From an uncultured delta proteobacterium (GTDB lineage Bacteria; Myxococcota; Kuafuiibacteriia; Kuafuiibacteriales; Kuafuiibacteriaceae), in contig CAWDML010000002.1 of the NCBI GenBank assembly GCA_963803435.1, positions 128,001 to 192,000 on the forward strand: a DNA stretch of 64,000 nucleotides. The letters run 5' to 3'. The notes beneath the pieces are model-generated. The model made no database searches. It was not told where the DNA came from and saw only the letters and a list, made by a program, of their open reading frames with translations. Of the stretch, positions 1 through 11,416 are shown piece by piece. Numbering within the stretch: the first letter of the stretch is position 1; every line of letters starts with the position of its first letter. The translations under genes were made by a program, and so were the position numbers.

Positions 1-1
1 C

Positions 2-1084
2 ATCGGGACGTGCCGGACGCACCTGGTGGGTGAGGCGCGCTGGGCCGGGCTCGAGCTCCAGGGCGTCGAGGACTGGCTGGGCGACGACACGCTGACCACG
101 ATGCTGGGGGCGGAGGTGAGGCTCCGCTGGATCGGTGCGCGGCTCCAGGACATCGACGAGGGGACCGAAGAGATCGTGGACGACTCACGGGACACAGCGC
201 TCGACGTGCCGTTCGCCGTCTACCTGCAGCAGCGATGGACGCCGTTCAACAGGGTCCAGCTGAACGCCGGAGCACGCTTCGATCGCGACCCGCGCGGCGG
301 CGACCACATCTCACCGCGCGCCGCGGTCGTCGTCGAGAGCGGGGACGGCGGCACCTTCAAGACGGTCTACTCGGAGGCGTTTCGCTCGCCCACCTACTAC
401 GAGTACTACTACGCGGCGGTGGATCAGGAGCCCAACCCGGACCTGCGGTCCGAGACCGTGCGCTCCCTCGAGGCTTCGATCGAGCAGCGCCTGGGACGAC
501 ACCGGCTGCTTCTGGGCGTGTTCCGCTCCTGGTGGAAGGACATGGTCGAGCTGCGCCTCATCAGCCAGGGCGACGAGGTCTACCAGTACCAGAACGCCTC
601 CACGATCGATAATTATGGGTTCAACGCAGCGGTCGAAGGCAGCGTGGACGCCTTCAGCTATGGCCTGTCCTTCACCGCGGCCCACACGCGAAGGACCACG
701 CCCGACGGCGAGACCCCGCTGACGGTGGCGCCGCAGGTCTTCGGGAACGCGCGGGTCGCCTACGATCTCCCCGGCCTGCTGCCCGAGCTCGCGCTGGCGG
801 CCTGGGTGGTGGGCCCACGCCTGGCGGACCGCGCCCTCGACGGCGACTTTCCGATCGCCCCCGAAGCGCCCTCCGACCTCGAGGCCCGGCTCACCATCAG
901 CGGCGAGGTGCCGCTGGTCGACGGCCTCTCGTATCGTCTCTCGGGGAGCTTCGCCTCGGCCAAGGTCAACCCATACGTGGTGGGGCCGAACCAGTCGGTG
1001 GGCTCGGAGGGCGAACCGGCGGAGCTGTCGCCGATCAACCGGCTCACCTTCTTTCTCACCCTTCAGTACCATCTGTTTCAATGA
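2..1084 (+). CDS. TonB-dependent receptor, C-terminal part (5'-truncated by window edge)
   Basis: Frame is open from the window start. Barrel motifs LNAGARFD, SPRAAVV, YSEAFRSPT, NPDLRSET; aromatic C-terminus. Confidence 0.88.
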   Translation: MGTCRTHLVGEARWAGLELQGVEDWLGDDTLTTMLGAEVRLRWIGARLQDIDEGTEEIVDDSRDTALDVPFAVYLQQRWTPFNRVQLNAGARFDRDPRGGDHISPRAAVVVESGDGGTFKTVYSEAFRSPTYYEYYYAAVDQEPNPDLRSETVRSLEASIEQRLGRHRLLLGVFRSWWKDMVELRLISQGDEVYQYQNASTIDNYGFNAAVEGSVDAFSYGLSFTAAHTRRTTPDGETPLTVAPQVFGNARVAYDLPGLLPELALAAWVVGPRLADRALDGDFPIAPEAPSDLEARLTISGEVPLVDGLSYRLSGSFASAKVNPYVVGPNQSVGSEGEPAELSPINRLTFFLTLQYHLFQ

Positions 1085-1102
1085 GGCGAGGGCGGGGGAG
1101 GC

Positions 1103-1681
1103 GTGGCACACAGCACTGCACGAAACCTCGCCCTGGCGAGCGTACTGATGCTGGCGGTCCTGCCCACCGCGTGGGCGGACGTGTCGGTCCCCCTCAAGCT
1201 GCAAGCGCAGCTGATCGCCCGCATCGCCAGCTTCGATCGCAACTTCGGTCCTCGATCGGGTGGCAACGCGCTGGTGCTCCTGATCGAGAAGCCGGGTGAC
1301 GCCCACTCGACGCACGTGGTCCATGCGCTGGCGACGGCGCTCCGAGAACTGACGGACATCGGCGGCCTGCCGAAGACGATCCAGATCGTCGACTACCAGG
1401 ATGCCGCCGCGCTCGCCCAGACCGTGATCCGAGCAAAGCCGGCGATCCTGTACTTCTCGGTCGGCCTGGAGGGCGAGATGAAGGCGATCGCTCGAGCGCT
1501 GAACGGCCTGGATCTGCTGACGATCGGCGCCACCGGTGTGTTCGCCGATGGAGGCGCGAACGTGGGGTTCGATCTGGAGGGCAGCCGCCCGAAGCTCGTG
1601 ATCAACCTGGAGACAGCCAAGGCCCAGAACGTCGATCTCAAGGCCCAGCTGGTGAAGCTGGCCCACGTGGTGGGCCAATGA
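1103..1681 (+). CDS. YfiR/DUF4154-like periplasmic protein
   Basis: Signal peptide; 'GANVGFDLEGSRPKLVINLETAKAQNVDLKAQLVKLA' matches the YfiR-type C-terminus; directly follows a TBDR. Confidence 0.8.
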   Translation: MAHSTARNLALASVLMLAVLPTAWADVSVPLKLQAQLIARIASFDRNFGPRSGGNALVLLIEKPGDAHSTHVVHALATALRELTDIGGLPKTIQIVDYQDAAALAQTVIRAKPAILYFSVGLEGEMKAIARALNGLDLLTIGATGVFADGGANVGFDLEGSRPKLVINLETAKAQNVDLKAQLVKLAHVVGQ

Positions 1682-1687
1682 CCGCGT

Positions 1688-2560
1688 TCAGATCGCCTTT
1701 GCGATCTTTCTCCGCGTGCTCCGGTCGGGCGCCGCCTGCACCGCGTCCTCCAGATCCTTCACCTCCGCGTCGGTGAGCGTGAATTTCTCGATGATCTGCT
1801 CCTCGATCTCGAACGCAGTCAGATCCGAGAGGATCGGGATGCCGATGTTGAGGCCGGCACCGATGCCCGCGAGCCAGCCGCCCGCCCGCTGATCCGGCGC
1901 GGCCATGGCCGAGGTCACCGAGAAGAAGCCGATGGAGGCCACCAGCACCTCGACGTCCGCGCCGCGTCTTTTGGTCGCGCTCTTCAAGACCACGGGCTCG
2001 CCGTAGAGGCAGATGGCGTACGCGTTGGAGGAGGCGCCGATCGCGAGGCGCGCCGACCTGCCCTCCATGCGGGCTACCTTCAGCATTCCGCGCTCGTTCT
2101 CGTGCGGGCGCACGTACATCACCTCGACGCCGGTGACCCCGGCCACGCCGGCGCCGGCCTCTGCGAGGTATCCGATGCCGAGCGCTCGAGCCTTGGCGTC
2201 CATCTGTCCGGCGACGTCCGGGAGCACGTTGGTCGCGAGGTGCTTGATGAAGGCGTCGCGATCCTTGCAGTCGGTGGCGGCGGTGTTGAGCGTCGCGACC
2301 AGCTTCTTGGCCGTCGCGCTCATCTTCTGGGCCTTCTCCGAGGTCTTCTCGGCCGCCTCCACCACCTGCTGCCGAGCGCTCTCGGCCACCTCCTTCGCCT
2401 TTGCGAAGGCTTCGCTCTCCTGGATCTTCTGCGCCGAGTCCTTCGCGATCTCGCCGATGGACTTCGCGTTCCTCTGCACCTCGGCAGCGAAGTCCTGTGC
2501 GATCTTCCCGGCCTTCTCGAGCATGTCGGCCCACGGGCCTTCTTTCTTCTCGTCGCTCAT
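1688..2560 (-). CDS. Hypothetical protein (Lys/Ala/Glu-rich helical N-terminus, Gly-rich C-terminal domain)
   Basis: Likely start MSDEKKEG at 2560, with a 4-nt overlap to the upstream gene's stop; protein-like composition. Confidence 0.7.
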   Translation of the reverse strand: MSDEKKEGPWADMLEKAGKIAQDFAAEVQRNAKSIGEIAKDSAQKIQESEAFAKAKEVAESARQQVVEAAEKTSEKAQKMSATAKKLVATLNTAATDCKDRDAFIKHLATNVLPDVAGQMDAKARALGIGYLAEAGAGVAGVTGVEVMYVRPHENERGMLKVARMEGRSARLAIGASSNAYAICLYGEPVVLKSATKRRGADVEVLVASIGFFSVTSAMAAPDQRAGGWLAGIGAGLNIGIPILSDLTAFEIEEQIIEKFTLTDAEVKDLEDAVQAAPDRSTRRKIAKAI

Positions 2561-2940
2561 AGGTCTCGGATCATCTCCTCCGTCGCCAGCTGAATGCTGG
2601 CGTCGACGCACTCGTCCCGCACCCGCTGGATCGCGCGGTGCTTGGGATGCTCGAGAAAGGCCAGGTACGTCTTCCGGTTCGGGTACCAGACCAGCACTGC
2701 CAGGTCCCAGCCGGAGTGGCTGGTGTCGACCAGCACCTGCTCCGCGCGGCCCGCCCACATGGGTCGCCCGCCGACCTCGAGGATCACCTCGCGCGCGGGC
2801 GAGCCGTACTCCGCCAGGTAGCGGGCGGCCGAGACCTCGTCCTTGAAGCGGAGCAGCGACAGCATCACGACCGGCTGATCGCCGCGGGGATGGCGCAGGA
2901 AGAGGTGGAGCGTCGCCTCCGAGGGCGTCAGCGCGGCCAT
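2557..2940 (-). CDS. DUF1330-family protein
   Basis: 'PVVMLSLLRFK...GGRPMWAG...WDLAVLVWYP' pattern. Confidence 0.75.
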   Translation of the reverse strand: MAALTPSEATLHLFLRHPRGDQPVVMLSLLRFKDEVSAARYLAEYGSPAREVILEVGGRPMWAGRAEQVLVDTSHSGWDLAVLVWYPNRKTYLAFLEHPKHRAIQRVRDECVDASIQLATEEMIRDL

Positions 2941-2962
2941 GCGGCCAGTCTACACCAGCTCG

Positions 2963-4279
2963 TCAGTAGCGATACCAGTCGGGCTTGAACGGGCCGGTCT
3001 GGGGAATGCCGAGGTAATCGGCCTGCTTCTTGGTGAGCGTGGTGAGCTTGACGCCCAGGCGCTGCAGGTGGAGCGCCGCGACCTTCTCGTCGAGCAGCTT
3101 CGGCAGCGTATAGACCCGCTTCTCGTACTTGTCCGGGTGGGTCCAGAGCTCGATCTGGGCCATCACCTGATTGGCGAACGACGTCGACATCACGAACGAC
3201 GGATGGCCGGTGGCACACCCCAGGTTCATCAGCCGTCCCTGCGCCAGCAAGATGATCTTCTTCCCGTCGGGGAAGATGAAGTGGTCGACCTGCGGTTTGA
3301 TGTTCTCTTCGCGGATGTCCTTCTGGGACTTGAGCCAGCCGACCTGCACCTCGGAGTCGAAGTGGCCGATGTTGGAGACGATGGCCTCGTTGTGCATCGC
3401 CTTCATGTGCTCGCCGGTGATCACGTCGGCGCAGCCGGTGCAGGTGACGAAGATGTCACCGATGGGGGCGGCCTCCTCCATCGTTGTGACCTGGTAGCCC
3501 TCCATCGCCGCCTGGAGCGCGCAGATCGGGTCGATCTCGGTGATCAGTACGCGGGCGCCCTGACCCTTGAGGGACTGGGCCACGCCCTTGCCGACGTCCC
3601 CGAACCCGCAGACGACCGCGACCTTGCCGGCGATCATGACGTCGGTGGCGCGCTTGATGCCGTCGAGCCCGGACTCACGGCAGCCGTAGAGGTTGTCGAA
3701 CTTCGACTTGGTGACGGAGTCGTTGACGTTGATGGCAGGGCACTTCAGGCGCTTGTCGCGCTCCATGTGATAGAGGCGGTGGACGCCGGTGGTCGTTTCC
3801 TCGGACAGGCCTCGGATCGGATCGCTCCCCTCGAACATGGCGGCGTGCTTGTCATGCACGACCTGCGTGAGATCGCCGCCGTCGTCGAGCAGCATGTTGG
3901 GCGCCTTGCCGCCCTTGAACGCCTTGAGCTGGCGCTCGATGCAGTCGTAGTACTCGGCCTCGGTCTCGCCCTTCCAGGCGAACACGGGCACGCCGGTCTT
4001 GGCGATGGCCGACGCAGCGTGGTCCTGCGTCGAGTAGATGTTGCAGGAGCTCCACGTGACCTCGGCGCCCAGCGCCTTGAGGGTCTCGATCAGCACAGCC
4101 GTCTGGATCGTCATGTGAAGACAGCCGGCGACGCGGGCGCCGGCGAGTGGCTGCTTTGCGCCATACTCGCTCCGCAATGCCATCAGGCCCGGCATCTCGG
4201 TCTCGGCGATCTCGATCTCTTTCCGTCCCCAGTCGGCCAAACCGAGGTCGGCAACCTTGTAGGTGTTGCTCTCGTCCAT
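2963..4279 (-). CDS. ahcY: Adenosylhomocysteinase (SAH hydrolase)
   Basis: [61 protein letters not shown]. Confidence 0.98.
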   Translation of the reverse strand: MDESNTYKVADLGLADWGRKEIEIAETEMPGLMALRSEYGAKQPLAGARVAGCLHMTIQTAVLIETLKALGAEVTWSSCNIYSTQDHAASAIAKTGVPVFAWKGETEAEYYDCIERQLKAFKGGKAPNMLLDDGGDLTQVVHDKHAAMFEGSDPIRGLSEETTTGVHRLYHMERDKRLKCPAINVNDSVTKSKFDNLYGCRESGLDGIKRATDVMIAGKVAVVCGFGDVGKGVAQSLKGQGARVLITEIDPICALQAAMEGYQVTTMEEAAPIGDIFVTCTGCADVITGEHMKAMHNEAIVSNIGHFDSEVQVGWLKSQKDIREENIKPQVDHFIFPDGKKIILLAQGRLMNLGCATGHPSFVMSTSFANQVMAQIELWTHPDKYEKRVYTLPKLLDEKVAALHLQRLGVKLTTLTKKQADYLGIPQTGPFKPDWYRY

Positions 4280-4333
4280 GGGCGCGACAGAATCCGGGCC
4301 CGCCCCCCCTGTCAAGCTGGTAGATTCGAGAGG

Positions 4334-5071
4334 ATGGTCTCGGTCCAGGACGAGGTCCTCAACATCCTCGTGATCGACGACGACGAGGACATGCGGCACT
4401 TCCTCACCGACATCCTCTTCTCCCACGGTCATCAGGTCATGTCGGTGGGTTCGGCCGAGGAGGGCCTGGAGCTCCTGCCCGTCACCACGTTTCAGATCGC
4501 CTTTCTCGATCAGAACCTCCCCGGGATGGAGGGCCTCGTCCTCGGCGAGTTCCTCCGCAAGAACAACCCGCACATGAAGATCGCCCTGGTCACCGGCTCC
4601 GAGGATCGGCGCCTCGATCGGATCGGCGAGTCCCACGACATCGAGGTGATCCGGAAGCCCTTCGAGGTGTCCCAGATCCTCGATCTGATCACCGCATTCC
4701 GAACCGACGCCGAGGCTCGCCACGTCGAGCGCCAGAAGCGGGCCGATCCCCAGTACCTGCTCCCGCTGGCGAGCTTCCTCGCCGACCTCCCCGCGACCTT
4801 CGACATCCCGAACCTGCCCAAGCGCGTCGAGGAGCGGCTGGTCGCCACGGTCCGCGACGCCCTGGTGGAGCTCCGCTCGGTCAGCCGCTACAACGAGCGC
4901 GCGCGCGCGATCGCGTTCTCGGGCCTGCTGGCCCTCCAGGTGCTCGGCGTGAAGCCACCCAAGGGCGGGAGCGGCAAGACGTTGATCGAGGAGTACGACG
5001 CATTGATGCGGACGCACGGGCGCAAGCCCGACTTCAGCGTCGACCGCGAGAGCGAGGATCGCTCCCCGTGA
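4334..5071 (+). CDS. Response regulator (receiver plus uncharacterised C-terminal domain)
   Basis: ILVIDDDED...[11 protein letters not shown]...VTG...KPF receiver motifs; ATG at 4334. Confidence 0.88.
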   Translation: MVSVQDEVLNILVIDDDEDMRHFLTDILFSHGHQVMSVGSAEEGLELLPVTTFQIAFLDQNLPGMEGLVLGEFLRKNNPHMKIALVTGSEDRRLDRIGESHDIEVIRKPFEVSQILDLITAFRTDAEARHVERQKRADPQYLLPLASFLADLPATFDIPNLPKRVEERLVATVRDALVELRSVSRYNERARAIAFSGLLALQVLGVKPPKGGSGKTLIEEYDALMRTHGRKPDFSVDRESEDRSP

Positions 5072-5397
5072 GACGGGCGCTCGCGATCCTGGTGGCTGTC
5101 CTGGCGATCGCGGTCGCTCCGCTTCGCGCCGTCCAGAGCGATCGCAGCGATCACGCCACCGTCTCGGCGCTGGACGCCGCGATTCAAACGCCCGATCTGC
5201 CCGCGCCCCTGGTGCTGGCGCCGCGGGTGCCGCTCGCGGGAGGCGGTCACGCGTTCGAGCGCGAGGTACCCTCTTCGACCCGCCGCCGGGGCGCGCTCGC
5301 GCTCGACGTGACTGCGGGCTCCCGCCGCCTCCTCTCCCGCTCGCGACCGAGGCGCCACGTACCTCGAATGGCCTCCAGCGATCCCGACCCCGGCTGA
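5068..5397 (+). CDS. Small protein with N-terminal signal peptide
   Basis: [18 protein letters not shown]; GTGA overlap with the upstream stop; Arg/Pro-rich tail. Confidence 0.55.
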   Translation: MRRALAILVAVLAIAVAPLRAVQSDRSDHATVSALDAAIQTPDLPAPLVLAPRVPLAGGGHAFEREVPSSTRRRGALALDVTAGSRRLLSRSRPRRHVPRMASSDPDPG

Positions 5398-5461
5398 TCC
5401 TCCTCGAACACCACCGCTCGATTGGCACGGATCGCGGGCGCCGTTGCGCCCGGAGGTACCT

Positions 5462-5584
5462 ATGTCCGACGAAGAGAAGATCGAAGAGACCGAGAAGGCT
5501 CAGAGTGTTGGCTGGCTGGCCTTCGTGCTGTTCGGAGCACCGCTGCTGATCATCATCATCCTCGCTGCGCTCAAGGTGATCTGA
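5462..5584 (+). CDS. 40-aa single-pass membrane protein (absent from the ORF track)
   Basis: GGAGG RBS at 5452-5456; [40 protein letters not shown]. Confidence 0.7.
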   Translation: MSDEEKIEETEKAQSVGWLAFVLFGAPLLIIIILAALKVI

Positions 5585-5586
5585 TC

Positions 5587-6078
5587 TCAGTACGCAAACA
5601 CATAGATCCCGATCGGTAGACGGACCTCGACCATCCAGACGTCGCGGTCGTCCATCGCGGCCGGGTCGCCGGTCAACCGCCGGTGCCACTCGAAGCCGAG
5701 GATCGTGTAGCCCACCGAGAGATGGATGAACGTGTCGGCATCCTCGTCGACGGAGAGGCCACCCTGCGCCCAGACGCCGGACCACAAGTGGGAGAGGCCG
5801 AGCTCCAGGCCGCCGGCGATACCGACCGGGCCCGAGGCCTCGATCGTCGCGCCGGCGGTGAAGAACATCGGCTCGTGCGCGGAGAGGATCCCGGCGCGGC
5901 CTCGGACGAAGAAGCGACGCGGGATGCCGTCGATACCGGCGACCGCGAACGCGACTTGAACCTCGGCGTCCCAGGTCACTCCGGTGCGGAGCGCCTGATC
6001 GACCTTCTTGCCGGGTGCGGCGGAGACGGAGGCCGGGATGAGGAGAACAACGAGAACGATCCATCCCGGTGGCTTCAC
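5587..6078 (-). CDS. Secreted protein, probable small outer-membrane beta-barrel
   Basis: GTG start, signal peptide ([14 protein letters not shown]), amphipathic beta-strand pattern, aromatic C-terminus. Confidence 0.6.
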   Translation of the reverse strand: MKPPGWIVLVVLLIPASVSAAPGKKVDQALRTGVTWDAEVQVAFAVAGIDGIPRRFFVRGRAGILSAHEPMFFTAGATIEASGPVGIAGGLELGLSHLWSGVWAQGGLSVDEDADTFIHLSVGYTILGFEWHRRLTGDPAAMDDRDVWMVEVRLPIGIYVFAY

Positions 6079-6106
6079 GCCACTGGGATGGATCGGCGAA
6101 GCCAAC

Positions 6107-6325
6107 TCAGGGCGCCTCGGTCTCGGTGCAGTTGCTGAGACCCGACTCGGTGACCTGGCAGACGTAGATCTTCCGGAGCGCGCCGAACAGGAGCCCGTCG
6201 TTTCGGGAGATGACGATACGGTCGCCTCCGACCGTCGCCATGCCGCCATAAGCGCAGGCGCTCAGCGACACCGCGCTCGCCATCAGAGCCCCGACCACAA
6301 ACACACTACGCGCGATCTTCTTCAT
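6107..6325 (-). CDS. Small lipoprotein
   Basis: GGGAGG RBS; lipobox SLSA-C; two further Cys. Confidence 0.75.
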   Translation of the reverse strand: MKKIARSVFVVGALMASAVSLSACAYGGMATVGGDRIVISRNDGLLFGALRKIYVCQVTESGLSNCTETEAP

Positions 6326-6470
6326 GACCCGCAGTTCCTCCCTTTTCTGAATCGGCAGTTGCCGTCCGTGGGGCCCGTAGCCGCTCCGGCCGCTACGGTC
6401 AATGGTTTGGCGGGCATCGGATGCCGAGGGGCGGGTGTTTGATCACAGCGAGCCGTGCCACAATTCGGCG

Positions 6471-9400
6471 GTGCGGCGCGCGTGGATGCTCCTGGCGGTG
6501 GCATGCCTGGGCGGATGCCCGGGAGAGGCACGTGCGCCTGCGCCGATGGTCGACGCGGGGCCCGATCAAACCGTTCACCCGGGCGAGACCGTGGAGCTTC
6601 ACGGGATGGTCACCCCCACCGAGGGGAGCCAGCTGTCGATCGAGTGGACCGAGATCTCCGGTGCCGGCGTCGCGCTGGAGGATGCAGGCCGAGAGACGGC
6701 TCGCTTCGTGGCGCCCTCGGTCACAGGGACCCTGGTCTTCGCGCTCAGCGCTGCCCACGCCGGCGGAGCGACGGGGATCGACTTCGTCACCATCACCGTC
6801 GACCTCGAGAATCGCCCGCCGGTGGTTTCGGCGGGGCCGGCACAGACGGTGGTGTCGCTCGATCGCGTGATCCTGAGCGGCGCAGCCGACGACACGGACG
6901 GCTCGATCGCCTCCCTCCTTTGGCGTCAAACCGGTGGCCCGCTGGTGGCGCTCTCGGGGGTGAACGGAGAGACGCCGACGTTCATCGCGCCGGCGACAGC
7001 GGAGATCGCGACGCTCCTGTTCGACTTCATCGCGACCGACGACCGCGGAGCGTCGAGCACCGCGTCGACCCGCGTCACCGTCGTGCCGCGCGTGATCCCC
7101 GGGAACATCGCGCCGATGGTGGACGCCGGGCCGGATCAGACGGTCGACGAGCGGACCTCGGTCTCCTTGACCGGCACCGCGACCGATGCGGACGGTCGGA
7201 TCGCGACGATCGCGTGGACGCAGCTCTCCGGCCCGGCGATCGTGCTCACCTCTACGAGCACGCTCCTCACCAGGTTCGACGCCCCCGGCGTTCCGGTGGT
7301 GACCGATCTCCTCTTCGAGCTGGCGGTGACGGACGATCGCGGCGCCCGCGTCGCCGATCGCACGCGGGTCACCGTCCGGCCGCTCTCGGTCCCCAACGAG
7401 CCGCCGATCGCCGATGCGGGCGCGGATCAGACGGTGGTGCAGAACACGGCGGTGACGCTGGCGGGCGGGGGGAGCGATCCCGACGGCTCGATCGCCGGGT
7501 ACGCCTGGCGCCAGGTGGCGGGACCGGCGGTGACGTTGTCCGGAGCAGCGATGGCTTCGGCCGGCTTCACCGCGCCGCCGGCCGAGTGCGATCTCCTGCT
7601 CGTGTTCGAGCTGACGGTGACCGACAACGAGGGCGCGACCGGCCGCGACACGGTCGTGGTGATCGTGACGGCCGGCCCCGGTCCCTCGCTCTCGATGGGG
7701 GAGGTGCTCGACTTCGAGGACGCCGCCGGCGGCGGGATGGAGCCCTCGGGATCGTCGCTGTGGGAGCGCGGCGTTCCCACGAGCGGTCCGAACCGCGCCT
7801 ACTCGGGGCTCGCGGTGTGGGGCACCGACCTCGTCGGATCGTATCCCAACGGCGCCGAAGCCTACCTCCGCTTCCCGATCATCGATCTGACGGGCGCGAT
7901 CGATCCGACGCTCTCGTTCCGCCTCTGGCTGCGCACCGGCGCGGGCGACGGCGCCTCCCTCCAGGTCCACGACGACATCCTCGGCTGGATCGCCCTTCCC
8001 AACCCCGTGCCCAGCTACGACGCGAACCAGGGCGGCGTCGGCGTCTGGACCCGGAAGGGCTACCACGATCGATACGCGCTGATGAGCGCCTCGCTGGCGG
8101 CGTTCGTGGGGCGGCGCGTCTGCGTCCGCCTCGTCTTCCGCTCCGACGCCGCCGGCGTCGCGGCCGGCGCCTATGTCGACGACGCCTCCGTGTTCGAGGA
8201 GACCGACGATCCCGATCAGGACGGGATCCCCGGTGTGGAGAGCGAGCTGATCCTGGGCACCGATCCGTTCCGCCGTGACACCGACGGCGACGGGGTCATG
8301 GACGGCGCCGAGATCGCGGCCGGGACCGATCCGCTGGACCCGGCGTGGTACGTGGGCGCGCCCGTGCTCGCCGCCGGCACCCGCCTGAACTTCGAGGGCT
8401 CACGGCAGGGCGTCGCCACCGACGGCACGCTCTGGGAGCACGGCGTCCCGACGGCCGCGCCCGGCCGCGCGAGCTCCGGCAGCTGGGCGTGGGCGACCGA
8501 TCTCGACGCCGACTACTTCCCCGAGGCGCGCGAGTATCTGTACCTCCCGCGGATCGATCTGCGCTTCACCACGGATCCCACCCTCAGCTTCCGCCTCTGG
8601 ATGCGGACCGGCGCGGCCGACGGCCTCAGCCTCGAGCTCGCCGGCCCGGGGATGGGCTGGGTTCCGCTGCTCGCCGACGCGCCGGAGCAGGAGGGGATCG
8701 ATCCTGCCGGGAGGGTGGCGTGGGCCAACCACGGATATCAGTCGACGTACGAGCTGGCCGCGGTCTCCCTCACGCCCTACGTCGGCGATTACGTGCGCGT
8801 GCGGTTGGTGTTCCGCTCCGACGCGAGCGGTCAGGGGCCCGGCGTCGCGATCGACGATGTCGCGCTCACCGAGGAGGGCGCCGATCCGGACAGCGACGGC
8901 ATCCCGGGCGTGCTCGACGAGATGATGGCGGCCGGCACCGATCCGTTCGTCACGGACACCGACGGTGACGGTACGTTCGACGGCGTCGAGCTGCAGGATC
9001 AGACCGATCCTCTGAACCCCGCCTGGTATGCGGGCGCGCCGGGGATCCAGTCCGGCTCGGGCAACGACTTCGAGTCGAGCGGCGGCGGGTGCGCGACCAC
9101 CGGCGATCTGTGGGAGCACGCCGTGATCACCGGCGGCCCCGGTCGCGCGCACTCGGGGAGCTGGGGCTGGGCGACGCGGGCCGGCGCGGACTACTTCGCC
9201 AACGCGAACGAGTATCTCTATCTTCCGAGGATCGATCTCACCGTCGCGAACTCACCCACGCTCTCCCTTCGGATCTGGCTCAGCACGGGGAGCGGCGACG
9301 GGCTCGACCTGGAGATCGAGGACGCCAGCGGCTGGACCCCGATCGCGCCGGTCGTGACCGCCTACGACGGGCTGAGCGGGGGCACGCCCGCCTGGACCGC

Positions 9401-10410
9401 GCAGGGCTATCGGAGCAGCTATGCGCTGGTGATCTTCTCGCTCGCCCCGTGGGCGGGCACCCAGGTCAACGCCCGCCTGGTCTTCCGCTCCGATGCCTCC
9501 GGCCAGGGCCCGGGCGCTTTCGTCGACGATCTCGAGGTCTACGACGAGACCGACAATCCCGATCGCGATCTCCTCCTCGGCGTCCTCGACGAGCTCAACA
9601 CCTACGGGACCGATCCCTTCCTCGAGGACACCGACGGCGACGCGGAGCGGGACGGCGCCGAGGTCACGGCGGGCACCGATCCGCTCGATCCCGCCAGCCT
9701 GCCGGCGGCCGTCCCCCTCACGCCGGGTGCGCACCTCACCTTCGACACGAACCGCGGCGGCCTGGCGACGCTGGCGGTACCCCCGCTGCTCCCGGTGGCC
9801 GGATCCCTCTGGGAGTACGGGACGCCGACCAGCGGACCGGGCGTCGCGTACAACGGCACGCGCGTGTGGGCCACGAAGCTCGCCACCGACTACTTCGAGG
9901 AGGCGCGCGAGTACCTGTACCTTCCGCCGATCGACGTCCTCGGGATGATCAATCCGACCCTGAGCTTCCGCCTCTGGTCGTCCGCGAGCGCCGGCGACGG
10001 TCTCAGCCTCGAGGTCCTGATCCCCGGCGTCGGCTGGGGCCCGGTCGTGCCTGCGTTCCCGGCCCGCGACGGGACCGATCCGCTGGGCCGTCTCGTCTGG
10101 CGCAATCAGGGCGGGCCGTCCCAGTACGCGCTCGCAGCCGCGTCGCTCCAGCTCTACACGACCCACATCATCCATCTCCGGTTGGCCTTCCGGAGCGGGC
10201 CGGGCGGAATCGGGTGCGGGCGCCTTCGTCGACGATCTGCGGCTCGATCTGGAGGCCTCCGATCCCGATGGCGACGGGCTCTTCGGCGTGATCATGGAGC
10301 ACCAGCTCTACGGTACCGATCCGTTCCTCGCCGACACGGACGGCGACGGCGTGGACGATGGCGTCGAGGTGACGAACGGGACCGATCCGCTCGATCCTAT
10401 GAGCCACTGA
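6471..10410 (+). CDS. Large surface lipoprotein: three to four PKD/K319-like domains plus four (jelly-roll + DxDGDG Ca-binding) repeats; +1 frameshift at ~10208
   Basis: Repeated DAGPDQTV units. Four units WExG...AxSG..W.T...LSFRLW...FRSD...DD each followed by DTDGDG..DG.E...GTDPLDP. The fourth unit continues in another frame to TGA at 10410. Confidence 0.85.
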
Positions 10411-11416
10411 TCTTCTGGCCGAGCGCGATGAGCTCCTCGTAGGGGAGGTTGCCGAGCAACGAGTAATACGTGCCGTCGTGCACGAAGGCGTACGACGACA
10501 TGAGCGGCCCGAGGATCAGGCGGCCGTCCTCCTGGCCGGCCTTGATCGGCAGGCCGTACTCGGGGACCGACATTCCGTTGCTCGCGAACGCCGTCACCAG
10601 GACGAAGTGCACGCCGCGCTCGTAGCGCGCGCAATAGGCGGGGATGGGGCCCGCGGCGCGGACGATCTTCCTGCGGACCAGACCGAGCGCATTGGTGTCG
10701 GGGAGGATCAGCGGGAACTTGACCTCCTTCCGCATGCGCTCCTCCTCCCAGGCCGCTCCGCTCAGGTCCCAGTCGGAGATCAGCGTGTCGGCCGGGAGGG
10801 CGATCGTGAACGTCGAGTCGTCGATGTCGGTGTTGAACGCGATGCGATCGTATCGATACCCATAGGTGACGTCGCCCTCGAACTCGCTCTCGCCGGCGAC
10901 CGCGAAGGAGTACTTGTCGTAGACCTTCGTGAAGCCGCGGTGATTCCATCCGTTCCTGGCCTTCGCGTTGTGCCAGAGCGTGAGCGTGGCGAGGCCGGCG
11001 ACCTTCGTGCTGCCGCTGATGTGATAGTCGAAGTGGGCCAGGTCGCGGCGGTACTGGTACTCGATCAAGCGATCCGCGTCGTCGCCCTCCGGAAGGTGGA
11101 GACCGCGGAAGCGGATGGCCCAGCGGAGCTGCGGGTAGTGGTAGATCAGCGTCTCACCGTCGTACGTCGCGGTGGTGCCGGCCCACTCGAGCGGCTCGGC
11201 GATGCGCGCGGCGAAGCGATTGGGACGGGCGTAGATGACGTCCGTCTTCACCTCTTCGTCCTCGGGGAGGAGGCCCTTCTCGACGATCGTGCCCTCGAAC
11301 GAGTTGACCTGATGCAGGTTTCGCACGATGCGCTTGAGCTGATAGTCCTGCCAGGCGTAGGCGGGGCTGCAGGCGATCAGGGTCAGCAGACCTGCCAAGA
11401 TGAGCGTTCGTTTCAT
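10397..11416 (-). CDS. LolA/RseB-like periplasmic protein
   Basis: Signal peptide; 'IYARPNRF...YDGETLIYHYP...IAFNTDIDDSTFTIALP' LolA-fold pattern. Confidence 0.65.
   Translation of the reverse strand: MKRTLILAGLLTLIACSPAYAWQDYQLKRIVRNLHQVNSFEGTIVEKGLLPEDEEVKTDVIYARPNRFAARIAEPLEWAGTTATYDGETLIYHYPQLRWAIRFRGLHLPEGDDADRLIEYQYRRDLAHFDYHISGSTKVAGLATLTLWHNAKARNGWNHRGFTKVYDKYSFAVAGESEFEGDVTYGYRYDRIAFNTDIDDSTFTIALPADTLISDWDLSGAAWEEERMRKEVKFPLILPDTNALGLVRRKIVRAAGPIPAYCARYERGVHFVLVTAFASNGMSVPEYGLPIKAGQEDGRLILGPLMSSYAFVHDGTYYSLLGNLPYEELIALGQKISGS

Noticed and set aside
4280-4333. SAH riboswitch upstream of ahcY
   Set aside because: Only 54 nt shared with a divergent gene, and no recognisable aptamer.
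5421-5440. sigma54 promoter TTGGCACG
   Set aside because: The -12 position reads GG instead of GC at the required spacing.
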